From Eremomyces bilateralis CBS 781.70 (lineage: Eukaryota), in the NCBI GenBank assembly GCA_010015585.1, contig ML975164.1: a stretch of 63,968 nt of DNA. The stretch is one strand, 5' to 3'. Position 1 is the first letter of the stretch; every line of letters begins with the position of its first letter. The translations under genes were made by a program, and so were the position numbers. Shown here piece by piece: positions 39,501 to 52,692 of the stretch. The notes beneath the pieces were generated by a model. The model had not been told where the DNA came from and made no database searches. It was given only the letters and a program-made list of their open reading frames with translations.

Positions 39501-41278
39501 CCCATCTATTAAACGAGTGAAGGTTTTGATTGAACGAAAGTAATCGATCTCCTCTTTCCACCACTTCTCATCTTCTCCTGCTGATCAATGACGTCCACAT
39601 GTGACTAAGGCAGCTGCGGCGGGGATGGGAAGCTTCGGTTTCCTAAACAGCTACTGGGCTTCGCGGAACATGGTGACAGCAGATGACGAAAAAGAAGGAA
39701 GACGTGGAAAACGAAGGACTCAACAAACCCAGCAATTAAGCACAGTAAGTAAGCATTGGTAGATAGGATAATTAATAATAATGAGCGAAAGCCATCCTTG
39801 AAGTGCTCGAGCGGTGCGATTCGAGGGAAGGCGACGTCACACTGGGGTCCTTTGGTGGGATCCAAGACCCGAGTGGATTAAGAATCCTAAGCTTCTCTTG
39901 CAAGTCGCACCGTCACCGCAGTACCCGTGTGCTAGAATTTCATCCGACAGGCACCAGGTGGAGGATGTGCACCACCACATCCATTATTGTTCCGTGCCGC
40001 CGTCAGTAGCATGGTGGTGTGTACCTGTACATAGCCCTGCTCGACCAATGTTCGATTAATCTAGTGTGATTTGACGGCCAATAGACCACTCTGTTTTCCC
40101 GCATGGAGATGGAAAGGGATCATTCAGCCCATGCTGACCTGTCCATGCTACGTCCTCGGTTGAACGGGCGATCCGCACGGAATAGTGCTCACCTTGCTTG
40201 ACATGGAAGAGCTATTCTATTCTAGAGCCTGCATGTGAATGATGATGGGATGGGTGCCCCCAACTTCGTCAAAATGGCGGGTCGGAAGCGTTGACAAGCA
40301 TCGGGTCAAGGTACGCTAAGCGATAAATAAACGGACGACTCTAGTTCCCGTCGAAGAGTATCCATGTGATAAAGAGGCTTAGAGAATCCAAAGAACAACG
40401 CAAAGTTGCAGAGCCTTTAGTGAGGGGAGCAAGGCCCGGCTAGATACACCAAGCATGTGCTGGCTGTCTGGTCTCGCGTCTCTACTCCTCCTGGAGAGTC
40501 ACTCGGGAGTCCAGACGCATTATGGATGCGACCTGAGCCACTGAGGGTCAGAGGGAAGCGTCTCAGGAACGCTCAATGATTTTTCCGAAGGTCAGAGGAA
40601 ATGTTCCGAGGCTGGAAACCTTGGAAGCAATAATTCCTTCGCGGTCGGATTTCGTTCCGCCGCGGAGTTGAATGGTTTGAATTACATAATCACCAGCATC
40701 TTTCATGAATCATGACCTAACCAAGTTTCCTCTCATACATTCCATTCCATAAGAATATTACAGTTTTTCTTGTCCCTCTTGCATTGGATTGATTCGATCA
40801 GATACTGAATATCGTGAGATGTTTCAAATCGCCCAATGACGACAATGTACCCGTCCTGACTGCGCATTAGGCAACGTCAGAGAGCGAAGCCACTTGCGAG
40901 AACGGCATCCAAAAACGATTTTATGCACGGGGTAACGTAGTGTCCATCTATAGATCTTCATTGCCTGTTTAAGGAATGGTGAGGCTTTAGATTCTGAGGT
41001 CTACGATCTTTCTGGCAATGGGTGTTAGCCGCTTCTCCTTGATGACATCGGGTAGAGTGGCGTCTTCATCCTGCCCGGGGTGAATATCAGCCCGATCTGG
41101 AGCCTACAGTTCATCCCTTGCGCTGATGCACAATGCTTTTTCTTTTGCGCGCATCCTCTTGTATTATTTATATCGGTCTCTATTATTTTTAGTCTATCAT
41201 CGCCTCTTGTCATTTCATTCACCCGTCTATGACAACTTCAATTCTTCGTCTCATATTTCTTAGGTCTGGAAGAGGACG

Positions 41279-42535
41279 ATGGCCCAAAACACCACCAAAA
41301 CTCCTTTGAAGCAGATAGTGATCCTCGGAGGATCCTATGGTGGCATTTCCACTGCGCACTACCTCCTCAAACATGTCGTCCCCCGCTTACCCGAGAATGA
41401 AGCGTGCCAGGTCACCCTTATCGGTGCATCGTCGCAGGCCATGTGTAGACCCGCCTGCCCTCGAGCACTCATATCAGACGATATGTTCCCGCAAAACAGA
41501 CTATTCGTTGGCATCGCGGAGTTATTCAAGCAGTACCCGAAAGGCAGTTTCCGCTTCGTTCAGGGAACAGCCATGCATCTAGACGATACAAACCGAACCG
41601 TGGCCGTCACACTTTCAGACGGCGGCCCCAAGATCTTCGTTTTCCACGCTCTCGTTATCGCTACCGGGGCATCTACGAATTCTCCGCTACTCGGACTCCA
41701 CGGTGATGCTGGCTCCCTACGAGCCAGCTGGGCAGAGTTCCGCGACGCTCTCCCAGCTGCAAAGAGCATCGTCGTAGTAGGCGGAGGCCCCACAGGTGTG
41801 GAAACCGCAGCTGAATTGGGCGAATATCTGAACGGTCGGGCGGGTCTATTCAGTTCGAAGTTAGCGAACCCCACGGTGCGCATCACTCTTGTCACTTCTG
41901 GTCCACGCATACTTTGGTACCTTCCGCCCTCCACCGCAGAAACTGCGGAGAAATACCTCGCCGCAGTCGGCGTGAATGTCATCAAGAACGCTTGGGTCAC
42001 GGCCATAGAGCCTTCAGACGCCGGGGCCGTCAAAGTCTCGGCGAAGGCGAAGCTAGCCCTTGACGATGGGACGACCCTTGACGCCGACCTTTATATTCCC
42101 GCGACTGGTACGACACCGAACACTAGCTTCGTCCAAAAATCCCTCCAAACCCAAGACGGCCGCGTCAACACCAACCCCTCCACCCTCCGCATCGACAAAT
42201 CCGGTCCCCGCATCTATGCCATCGGCGATGCATCCTCCGCTGCGCGCCCTGCCATCCATCTCATCTTCCCTGCCGTCCCTGTCCTCTGCGCCAACATCAA
42301 GCGAGACCTTCTCCTCGCCGCTGGCGTGGACGAGAGCTCCATCGGTGAAGATAGGATATTCAAGGAGGATACTCGCGAGACGCAGCTGGTGCCGGTTGGC
42401 AGGAGCAAGGGGGTAGGGGCGGCAATGGGGTATCGGTTGCTTAGCTTTTTGGTGTGGGCGATCAAAGGACGGGACTACTGGCTCTGGACGACTGGAGCAC
42501 TTTGGAGTGGAAGACAGTGGGCGAAAGAATCGTGA
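41279..42535 (+). CDS. AIF/AMID-like FAD-dependent pyridine nucleotide-disulfide oxidoreductase
   Basis: IVILGGSYGG (FAD binding), LVIATG, IVVVGGGPTGVETAAEL (NAD(P)H binding), IYAIGD. Intronless, 418 aa. Confidence 0.9.
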   Translation: MAQNTTKTPLKQIVILGGSYGGISTAHYLLKHVVPRLPENEACQVTLIGASSQAMCRPACPRALISDDMFPQNRLFVGIAELFKQYPKGSFRFVQGTAMHLDDTNRTVAVTLSDGGPKIFVFHALVIATGASTNSPLLGLHGDAGSLRASWAEFRDALPAAKSIVVVGGGPTGVETAAELGEYLNGRAGLFSSKLANPTVRITLVTSGPRILWYLPPSTAETAEKYLAAVGVNVIKNAWVTAIEPSDAGAVKVSAKAKLALDDGTTLDADLYIPATGTTPNTSFVQKSLQTQDGRVNTNPSTLRIDKSGPRIYAIGDASSAARPAIHLIFPAVPVLCANIKRDLLLAAGVDESSIGEDRIFKEDTRETQLVPVGRSKGVGAAMGYRLLSFLVWAIKGRDYWLWTTGALWSGRQWAKES

Positions 42536-43662
42536 TTCCGAAGTATCGAAGCCATCCGGGATGGGTGGTATTGAAGGTCCCCGATATAGATCTAGTTGTT
42601 TGAATAGCTTATCCCTTCGTTATGTTTAGTATTCCCTTACCTCAAGACAGAGAGGCGTCATGCACTCCGTATATAAATTCTATCAAATCACCTACTCAAC
42701 CCGTCAGCGGCTTTATTATCTGATGCAGGCGAAGGTTGCACTGTCGCAAGATCAGCCTTCAGTTTCGTATTCTTGCAGACACTCCTACTATGTACTCGAA
42801 AGAGGCACGACCAGGAGGGTGATCAAAGACATGACTCAGTTAATTTAGTGCAATGAAGCAGGATTCATCAATTTATATGGATTCAGCCTGTAGATCTTTT
42901 CTAGACACTTGCATACAATGCAGCACGAGCGGTTATGACTACCGCTCCGAACCACATTCCCCGAAGAATCAGGAAGTTTCAACTTCTGAACTGTGCCACC
43001 CAGGCGCAACAGATTCAGCCATTCGTGTACAAAGGAGCACCTGTCTGGTGTAAATGCGTTGATACGCATGAACAGATTCATGGAGGTCCAGGACCTCCGC
43101 AAGCTGGCCCGACGAGATAGTAGTTATCTCTAGTAAAGCGAGAAGGACCACGCATTGGTATTCAGTCAGATCCACGTCTTTTCCACCGTTAAATCCCGCC
43201 CATTTGATAAAAGGACTGTTCTTCTCGAGAGGGAGAGACTTTGTTTTGAGCTTCTCGTCGGTTGTGATGCGGGCGTTCCGGAAGTTTCGTGTGATGACTG
43301 CTTAAGCATATTTTTGTGTATATCAATTGATCCAGTGGTTGTATTATAAAGATTAATGGAAATTGCTTAAGAAGATAGTGTACTTTAAGAATGAGGAAGA
43401 AGAAAAGGAACCTGACTAACTGATCTGTGGGAATGACGATGTAATGATATATCAGGGGTTTCCGATATACTTCTACTTCTACTTTAGCGACTCTTCTTCT
43501 TTCTTTCTACATCTTGACCCACCTAGCCCACTAGCCCAGAACGCCTCGAACCTGGTCATAACCGGTATCTCCTATTCCAGAGAACTCTAACATGTTCCGA
43601 TGGACTGATGGAGACCACAGGCCGAACAAGCCTTGTGGCAGAATATATTCATAGCTGGAATA

Positions 43663-44246
43663 AGTTCAACCCCTGTCAAGTAGCCAACCACCCAAGTAGC
43701 CAACCGTTTAAGTAGCCAACATCAGCATCTCTTATCACCATCATTCCAACCGCGATATCTCCACCAAAACATTTTTTGGGAAATGTATACAACAGGATTC
43801 AAATAACCTTACTTGGAGAGTCTGACGTAAATTGGGCTTTTGAAATAGAATGTTTTCATTGGCAATAATCATCCTCTACCGCTCGTAGAGCTTCTTGCGC
43901 CCGTTTGGTCTCCCGAACTTGCACAAACCTCTGATTAAGATCTATTTGAACTTTCTTTTTGCGTTTTGGTGCTGCAGCAGCATCAAGGGGTGCCTATATC
44001 CATAAGCTCGCGATTTTCAGATTTGGTAATGCCTGACGCGCCTGTGTAGCACTCCATTACCAACGAAAACATCCTATTTCAGAAGCCCAATCTACGTCAG
44101 AGACTCTCCAAGGAAGGTTATTTGAATCCTGTTGTATACATTTCCAAAAAAAAGTTTTGGTGGAGATATCGCGGTTGGAATGATGGTGATAAGAGATGCT
44201 GATGTTGGCTACTTAAGTGGTTGGCTACTTGACAGGGAGTTGAACT
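43663..44246. mobile_element. Non-autonomous foldback element with about 200-bp inverted arms, Fot1/pogo-like
   Basis: 43663-~43866 is the near reverse complement of ~44055-44246. Termini AGTTCAAC(T)CCCTGTCAAG with repeated subterminal AAGTAGCCAAC (3 left, 2 right). The interior minus strand reads PKRKKKVQIDLNQRFVQVRETKRAQ, which resembles Fot1-type transposase C-termini. Confidence 0.8.
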
Positions 44247-44273
44247 ACATGTATACTAGTAGAGTTCTTACTA

Positions 44274-45838
44274 CGGAGGACCCCCTTGCTCAAAAGTACC
44301 TGCTCACTCCAAGACCCCAGAATCAAACTATTCCTAATTAGGATACACATACTGATTAATGGCTAAGTCCTTCACATTCACATTATCTCAGTCCTTTCTC
44401 GTATGGTCTCTCCCTTTCTTGTAACTACTCGTTCCCTTATTCTAACTCGATTATCTGTTGAATATGTCGTGGAATCCGCTGAATACAAGCCTGTATCTTC
44501 TCCTGCGGGAGTCCTCCCCAGCAAGCTTCCCAGGCTTTGACAGCTTGATGCCAATTCTTTGGAGCACCCTTTCATTGTCGTCACTCTCTTCATGTATGGC
44601 CGACATGGCTCGATATCGTTTAGATCCGGGGAATTGCCGCACCAAAGAAGTCGCTGTACTCCGTACAAACTGTATACTCGTTGCTGTGCATGATGGGCGT
44701 GCGATGGAGCTTTATCCTCTTGAAAAATCGTGCCTGGCCGATCCTTCCGACATTCCCTTACGAAAGGAAATAGCTTCGGATTTAGTATCTCTGTCTGATA
44801 TCGATACCAGTCGATTCCTTCTCCTTTCCGTCGAACTAGTTTCCATGTCTTCTCCGTCCATTTCCAGATTGGCTTTCTTCCAGAGGGATTCCGGAGTCCC
44901 ATCCTCCTCATACCGGTCTCAAGTTCCCACTGCTCTCGACGAATAGGTTCAAGCAAGTCATTTATCTCTTCTAATATCTTTCCGTGTCGATCTTCTCCTG
45001 TTTCGTTTCCGGCATCCAGCAATGGTAAGGGCCTTTCTTATCATACGTAAAGCAAGCCCAGAATATAAATTCTGTATATCCTTTCCAACGCTCCTGGATA
45101 CAGGTCTTTGCAAGCACCTCATCTTTCGTCCTCCATACTCGATAACTAACCTCTACGGTGGACTAATACGATAGCCGTCTCGTTACTCCAAATAACGTTT
45201 TTCCAATCTTCCAGTGTACGATACTCGTGCTCTTTCGCAAACTTCAACCGTTTAGCTTTCATCTTCTTCGTCAATCCAGGCTTCCTCGTCGGCTTCGTCT
45301 TGATGAAGCCGGCCTTCTTGAGCGCTCTCCAGATGGTAGACTCGAAGACAATCTAACTGTCTCTACAAAGCTCGCCCGCGATATCAGCGCAAGTCTTCTT
45401 CCTCCCATATTGATCCTGACGCACTTTGGCAAGAACAGTATTCGATAGCTCCTCCGTCTGTTTTTTGGGCCGGCCGGGACGGGGTGCATCTTCTAGCCAC
45501 TCATCTCTAATATGCAGAGGCAGATGATTAGGTTCAAATCCCCGCTCTATTGCACGGGCATAAATAGCATTAATTGTACGTTTTGGAAGACCCGTTTTTT
45601 CAGCGATTTCAGCGGTTGTTTTCCCCACAATAGGTGACTTAAGAGTAACAATAAGAGCTCGTGTTGCGATGTCAGTATTTGGAGCCATTTCTTAATGTGC
45701 AAAAGACTTCATAAGATTGAAAATCGGAGCGATGAATGACAGATTCGATGTATTTAGGATTCCTCGGCTGGTATTGTGGGACTGCCAATAGAGTGGCGTA
45801 TTTAGCGTGGGCAAGAACTTCTGAAGGGGACTTTCCGT
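44274..45838 (-). mobile_element. Degenerate Tc1/mariner (DD34E) DNA transposon
   Basis: Imperfect TIRs CGGAGGACCCCC..TCAAAAGTACCTGCTCAC (left) versus ACGGAAAGTCCCCTTCAGAAGTTCTTGCCCAC (right, reverse complement), with TA at both outer flanks. Encloses a broken transposase. Confidence 0.8.
44378..45688 (-). pseudogene. Tc1-family transposase pseudogene
   Basis: HTH N-terminus MAPNTDIATRALIV..DAPRPGRPKK; DWKNVIWSNET (first catalytic D changed to N); FQEDKAPSH and NSPDLNDIE with 34 residues between D and E. Frameshifts and stops throughout. Confidence 0.88.
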
Positions 45839-46963
45839 TATCACCTTTGTGGTATGTAGGCACTCTTCGTCAATCCATGCCATACGGACACTGGCACTTC
45901 TGGCAAAATCCACGGCTTTCAATAGTTTCATCGGGAGCTCTGTTTGGCCGTTCAGCAAAGGAACCGTTTTCCTCGACCACGCGGATTCGATAGGACCCAG
46001 TGTGGGAGAGAGAGTCGAAGTTCCCTGAGCGTTAACTCTGCCAGCAGTTGCTGATGGCGACCAAGGGTTGTAAACCTCAACCTAGTTCTGCTAGATTGCT
46101 TTGCCGGCATCTAAGGATCGTAGACTTCAGCGACAGCTGGCGCATGAGAGCTTCTGATGTTGGGGTATGTCTCTGCTTTGACTCTGCTGTTCTAACCCGA
46201 TCGACTGTCGAGACTCATTATTCACCATAAGTAGTCTGTGGGTCCGGACGAGCACGTTGCAAATTGCCGTGGTCGTCAGGGAACGCCGAGGCAACCAGAC
46301 GGCTGAGAATTGCGCGGGGACCACGCTCAACCAAAACAAAGCGCTAAACCCACCAGTACGCCAGCTCTGCCTGTGAATTGGACTTGGTGCACGCTGGGTT
46401 TCTAGCGGTTTAATGTTCTGGCTCGCTTTCACTCTCCAGGACAGACGCCGTTGTGTTCCTGGTTGTTGACATTTCCACGGCATGCAATTAAATGAGAGGT
46501 TAGAGGACAAAAGAGTAGCTGTGAGATTTTACTCTCCTGCTAAAATTGAATATGAAACTTGTCTGTAGCGTTTTCCGGATATTACAGCATCACGCTTGGA
46601 ATAATCCGACTGACATGGGAGATACTTGCGTACCTGAGGAATTAATTGCGTTAATTGAGCCTTGGATACTGAATAGTTGGAGCCATGAGAATGTAGTGCA
46701 CGGAAAATTAGCTATTCCCCCCTCTTCACGACCATTTTGCTCAATTTGCTTGAATTCCAATCATCTGTAGAAGCAGCGGCCATCTTTGCAAACTCCAGCG
46801 CTCATACATCTATCGCGTACATACAAGAAGGTAGGGTATCATCAAACTAAGTAACTAGCACTTTTCATCATCATCATCATCAGAATGAATGGTCGGTCCT
46901 CACACAAGTACTTCAGTGCACTCCGGACACACTAGCTCAGGTCGCCAGCGGAAAACCCCCTGC

Positions 46964-48963
46964 TCAACGAGAAAGCACGGCAAGAAACATCACCATCACC
47001 AAAAACACCAGCCCAAAAACCAGCACCGCCACTGGCGAGGGCGCCGTGCGTCTATGTCGAGAGCGCAGGGACACCAGATCCTCAAGATGTTCGAGAAACT
47101 GCACTTCTGATTTTTCAACAGCCGCCTCCTTGTCCATCCACGCTTTGTATGCCGACACGTCGGCTTCCTCGGCAGGCTGAAAGCGATCGCGGGTTTTGTT
47201 GTAGGATGCGAGGGCTTGGTCTGGATGGGGTGTTAGGAGGTGGAAGCGAGATGCTAGAAGAGGAGAGAAGAGGAGAATAATTGGGGGGACGGAAAATAGG
47301 GGGCATACTGTACTGATTTAACTTCTCAAACACCCTCCCCAACAGCAGTGTCCGTCGCCGATACAAATCGATGTGACTACTCCCCTCCATCCTCCGCGAC
47401 GACGGTAGCTTCACCCCTTCTTTCTCACTCCGGGCGCTCAGTTGCGCACAATGCTCGTCCAGGATTCGTAGCTCCTCTTCGAGCTCGCTCAGCTCATCCT
47501 GGATGTGCAGCAGGATGCGGTGATTGAGCGCCTCGAATTTGCGGTAGACAGGCGTGAGTCCCGCGTCCGCTGGTTGCTCGTCGTCTCCGGTGGGGTAGGC
47601 ACTCTCGACGCGTCGCGATGCGACAGTGAGCTTCGCCGCGAGCAGCTCATAGCCGGTAACGGTTGTCGTGGAGGGATCAAAGGGCGGTTCGGGGTTGGCG
47701 ATCGGGGGGTTGGGGAGCTGGAGTTGGTGGGCGATGGAGGGGTAGATGGGGGTCATGGGCGGATACGGCATGTGCGGGTAGTGGGCGTATGGATGGGCGT
47801 GCGGCGGAGCATAGGGCGGCTCGTGGGGGTACAGCGGCATTGGGGGGGGATACGGGGTGCCGGTGGTGGGAGGGCGAAAGGTGCGTTGGGGTTGCGGGCT
47901 TTGGAGGTGTTGGAGGGCATCGCGTTCGCGGGTTTCGAGGTTGCGGCGAAGGGAGTCTTCGGAGGGGTCGGCGGGCCGGCTGCTGGTGGTGGAGCGGATG
48001 CTGGAGCGGCGAGTGAGGGTTTGGGAGTGGGAGGCCGATCGGGGCTTCTTCTCGCTATTGTCTGGTTGGGATTGCGATTCATCGTTGGGCTCTGGGCTTG
48101 AACCGCGGATTGAGATGCCGGAGTCGGAGTGGGAGAGGTCAGGGGGACCGGGTTTATACATGTATCGCATGAGTTCCTGCGAAGGCATCTGGTCGGCGGA
48201 GAAGTAAGGAACGTGGTGCTGCTCTCCAATGCCTTGCTCTTTCTCCGCCGACTGGCTCCCATCGACCGATGTTGGTGAGCCCGGCTCTGGCGACACTTGC
48301 TGTAGGAACTCGAAGACGTGGAGCTCCTTTCCTTGTTGAATCGCCGCAAGCTGGCCCTCGTTCAGGGTTGAGGAGCTTCGTCCGGACTCCATGGCATGCT
48401 CTCCGTCTCGCCGCCTTCGAGAACTGACGGTCTTATTGTAGGACTTCTGCGTGACCGTCGAGTTGCTCCCGCTCGACGTGTTCGATGTGTTCGTAAGCGT
48501 CGATATAACCGACAGCAGCGATTGACTGGTCAACACGGGGACCTTTCGCTGTACGGCAACTCTCGACCGGACCGGCTTTCTATGCGTGCTCCTCCATTCA
48601 TCAGCCTGCCTCCGACGTGACGACGATCTTGACCCCTCCGGATCGCTTTCGTCGGCTTCAAGGATCCGGTTCAGCCTCGTAGACTGGTGCGAGCTACCAC
48701 TGGACTCAATGGGACTGGTATCCCTAGTAGTCCTGCGACTCCGACTCGGCCGGGAAGAATACCCTGGATGCGAAGCTCTACGCCTCGATGGTCGCTCTTC
48801 TTCCGCGTTTATCCATTGGGGGTTATCTCGCTGGTCGCCGTAGCCTGGATAGGAGGCACGCTTCCGGGAGTGCTGTGGGCGTGCCAGGTTGGAGGGATCC
48901 TTTAGGGAGGAGCCATTGGGCTCGAGAATCGAGGGAAACGAGGATGAGATCTGCTCCGCCTGC
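46964..48963 (-). CDS. DUF6594-like fungal protein with C-terminal TM helix; intron about 47221-47310; start exon unresolved
   Basis: The frame stays open upstream of the ORF-track start to about 48963. Motif GYELLAAKL..PVYRKFEALNHRILLHIQDELSELEEELRILD; last exon NQALASY..EVQFL..DLVSL plus hydrophobic tail. Confidence 0.7.
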
Positions 48964-49883
48964 TGCGATCAGTATGAAGAAGTAATTTCCAGTTCTACGG
49001 TCAAAAGGAGCCGGGTTGATTCAACACACAGACTCAGACGGGAGTTTGCGGGTCTGGAGAGCACAAGATCATACCATAGCAAACACATCCCACGCAGAAA
49101 CGGATGCGCGAACGGAGGATAAATATCACACATCGTCCGATCCACTGCAGCTAACCGAGTCATTGGGAAAGGAAGTCCGATGGTGCGAGAATGAGCATGT
49201 CGAACGGACTGTATAGCGGGGGGAGGTTGCGGACGTGGCACAAGTTGAATAGATGAGGCCAGGGATCCGGCGGTACAATGCAATGAGAGATGCAGATCGT
49301 GGCAACCCTGGAGCCGCTCGCGTTTCTCAGTTCTCGTCGCCTACGAGTGTCCTTGCTGCACCTGCTTCCGAGGACGGAATGCGGGATAACGTTTTCATAG
49401 CATGCTGGAGAGGTGGTGCACCAATCATTGATCCGAGACTAGTTCGACCGCCGTATGTGGTGGATATGATATGGTGCAGATAGTGTCTGCATAGGAAATT
49501 GATGAAGCTGATATAACCATTGATGACGAGTGCAACAGGGATGGATCTGATATCATCTTCTGGACTTCTTATTAAGCAACAAGTGACCCGTCGATTAATG
49601 GTATTTTTACAATTCGCTCTACGACTTGTGCAACCGAAAACGTTCGAGATAGTTGAATCCGCAAGATTTGGACTTCTGCATCAGCAAAGTGGATTTGCTC
49701 AACAATAATAATCTAGAACGACCGACGCTCTATTGTTCGAATCATGAGATGGAAATGGTCTACTCCAGATGTTTCAGAAGGGTAGTGGTCCACTTGTCTA
49801 TGCCCCATAACGCCAAAACACCCCCTTTGACAAGACCTCCTGACAGCTGGCAATGTGTACAACCCAAAAAGACTCGTGGGAGT

Positions 49884-51809
49884 CTAAAATCTAGTGATAT
49901 CCCGCCCGAACGCCCAATTGATAACCCTGCGAAAGTTAGCCCACACTTCTCCAACCGATACCCTCCCTCTACTCACCAATACATCGGAATTAGCAACTTA
50001 TTCCTCCAACTCACGCTCTTCGTCAAATACGCCCCCCTCCACACAATCCATGCCGCCCGCCCCGACACATGCCCTCCCGTCCCCGCCTGCATAATCGCCC
50101 TCCACGACCCAATATACGCCAGCGTCCCGGCATTCTTCCAATTAAACCCGCCCCGCTCGAACCCGCCGCGATTCAGCCGCTTCGCCAGCCAATACGCCTT
50201 CTGCGACGCTACCTGCGCGGTCGCCGGGTAGCTCGTCCCCTCGGTCGTGGCGCAGTCGCCGATCGCGTAGACGTCCTGGAGGACGGTGGATTTCGCGTCG
50301 TCGGTCTTGGATTGCACGAGCACGCGGAGGCGGTCGTCGGTGATGATGGAGCCGGACTTGGACTGCTTTTTGATCTTCCAGAGCCGCTCGTGGCCGGTGT
50401 CGGGACCCGGGCGAGCTTCGCCGTGGGTAGTCTCGGGGAGGTCGAAGGTGCGGTCGAGGGCTTTGCTAATGAAGGGATTCATCATGAGGCCGGTGCTCCA
50501 GACCACCATTCCTACGCCGAGTTCTCCTTCTTCCTCTACCTTGAGGGTGAGGCATTGGCGTTGGGCGGCGGTGTCGAGGGATTTGGGTTGGTTTGGTGGT
50601 CCGAGGCGGAGGTTTTCGACATGATGGGAGGTCTTGATTTTGATGCCTTCTCTCCGGAACGTCTTCATGGCGTAGCTGCTTAGTTCTTCGTCGAACATGG
50701 GAAGCACGCTTGGAGCGACGTCGTAGACGGTGATGTTGCAGTATTTGACCAGATCAGGATATACTTTGGCTAAGTCTTCTTTGACGACATCGTGCAATTC
50801 GGCGGCAAACTCAATGCCAGTGGCTGCGAATATTAGCCTATTGGCTTCATTTCGGGCTAAGAGACTTACGGCCACCGCCGACAATGGCGAAGTTTAGCAG
50901 GTGCCTGCGGACTTCCTCCGAAGTGGTCGGTAGGGATGCCGTCTCGAAACCTAATGATCGTTCTGTTAATGACATGACATACCTAGTTGGCTTGAAAGGA
51001 GCTGATCTCACAGGTTAACAACTTCTTGCGAATTCTCCTCGCATCGCCAACGTCCTTCAAGAACAGGGCGTGCTCCCTGACTCCCGGCGTACCGAACGTC
51101 TGGCTATAACAACCCACGGCGATGATGAGCTTGTCCCACTTCATTTGGAAAGTTTTTCCCTTGAACGTCGGGTTCGGGATGCGATGTGGGTATGCCTCCT
51201 GCTCGGCCTTAGCATCACCAGTCAGAGAAAGCCCTTGTCTCGGATCATCCACCGCCTCTTCGACCATGATCGTCTTGTTCGTGAAGTCGACATCATCGGC
51301 CCAGCCTTGAACGAACTCGACACTCGTCCTTCGGCTTCGGACGGGTTCTAAGGCGGTTCTGAATTCCAAAGTGCCCACGGATGTGGAGGCGAGGAGAGGG
51401 GTGAAGACGAAATACGATCGAGGGGATATCACGATTGGGCGATAGATCTTTGCGTCGAGTTGTCTTGCCAATGTGTATCCAGCCCAGCCTGTTGTATAGA
51501 GTTAAAAGGACTAGATTTCCGTTGACAGGTACGTTAATGGCTCACCGGAACCCAGGACTATCACCGTTTGACGACCTACACATCAGCCAAATTAGCCACG
51601 ACTTTCGGACATATTTGCACGAGAGGTTTCCTACCATCTTTTCCATTGCTCTTGCTCGACTTGCCGTCGTTCTCTCCCAGGAGACTGAATGTCGTGCTCA
51701 GACCTCGAGCTTGATGTATTCTTGCACAAAATATCTGTGACGGAATATCTGGTTTGTTGACAGCTGAACGGACTTGACGCAGGACTCCAATGCAAGGCCG
51801 GAGTGACAT
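49884..51809 (-). CDS. Type II (alternative) NADH dehydrogenase-like flavoprotein, mitochondrial; several introns
   Basis: Spliced VIVLGS|GWAGY, ISPRSYFVFTPLLASTSVGTLEFR, KLIIAVG..TFGTPGV..FLKDVGDARRIR, FAIVGG..TGIEFAAEL, YAIGDC..PATAQVASQ, WRGAYLT..SWRNK, WAFGRDITRF. Confidence 0.9.
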
Positions 51810-52692
51810 TCTACAACCTTAATCTAGCCTTGACAGCTTATCCTATTGATTTGATATGTCCACGGCTTAACCACAAGCTGTTATTCTCATGATAAAGCAC
51901 CCCTGAGACTTTTGAGGTGTTGATGTTTGGAGCTGGAGCTGCCACGTGCGAATGACGAAATACTGCGTGTGACAACCAATGGAAAGTAAACAGGGAGATA
52001 GAGAAATGTAACCAGCGATATAATAATCTTTGGTGCTGCAAGACACAAGCAAGGTATGAACTCAAATCAAACCTAACCGTTGGACTTATATACAGTACCT
52101 CAGACGAAAACCTTTCGGCTTCAGCTGTCCAAGTCATACTCTCCTGCTGCCCTGCTGGGAGGTGACACCCCCAAACCTTCGGAATGCAACGGGATCATGC
52201 CGTGCCCAGATTAGTGACTACTGGTACACCTCGATGCCATGGCTCCGTTGTGATCCGCATCAGCATCGATAGGTTGTAGGGATTTCTCTCGCATCCTAAG
52301 ACGATGACGTCGAGTTCGAGATGGTACAGGAAGACTTGCGCAAGGCACGGATCCTTTAAGCATGTGGACGGTCTTAGACTTGGTCGACGGACGGTAGATG
52401 CGCCGAAAGCTTGAGTCCTTCTGAGAGGATCGGAACAGAGCGAAAGATGTTAGTGAACCAACCGAAGGTGCAGGGGTGCTCGGGTGAAGACATGGATTCC
52501 TTGTTGACTCCGCATCTCGTGGGATGCATGACAATGGAAAAGAGCTTGTGACCGTCTGATAGTAACCTTTCACGCCGATGGTCGGGAGGGAAAGAGACAT
52601 CTTGTGGTTATATTCTTGTGGTTATATTCTTGTATATATTTCCTAGTATAGATGCTGCTGCTTCGGTACAGCAACCATTGGATACTCCAGTC

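Noticed and set aside
52601..52640. Short tandem duplication CTTGTGGTTATATT x2 (and TTGGTTAGGCGCA x2 near 34553)
   Set aside because: Simple slippage duplications with no spacer structure; not CRISPR-like or telomeric.
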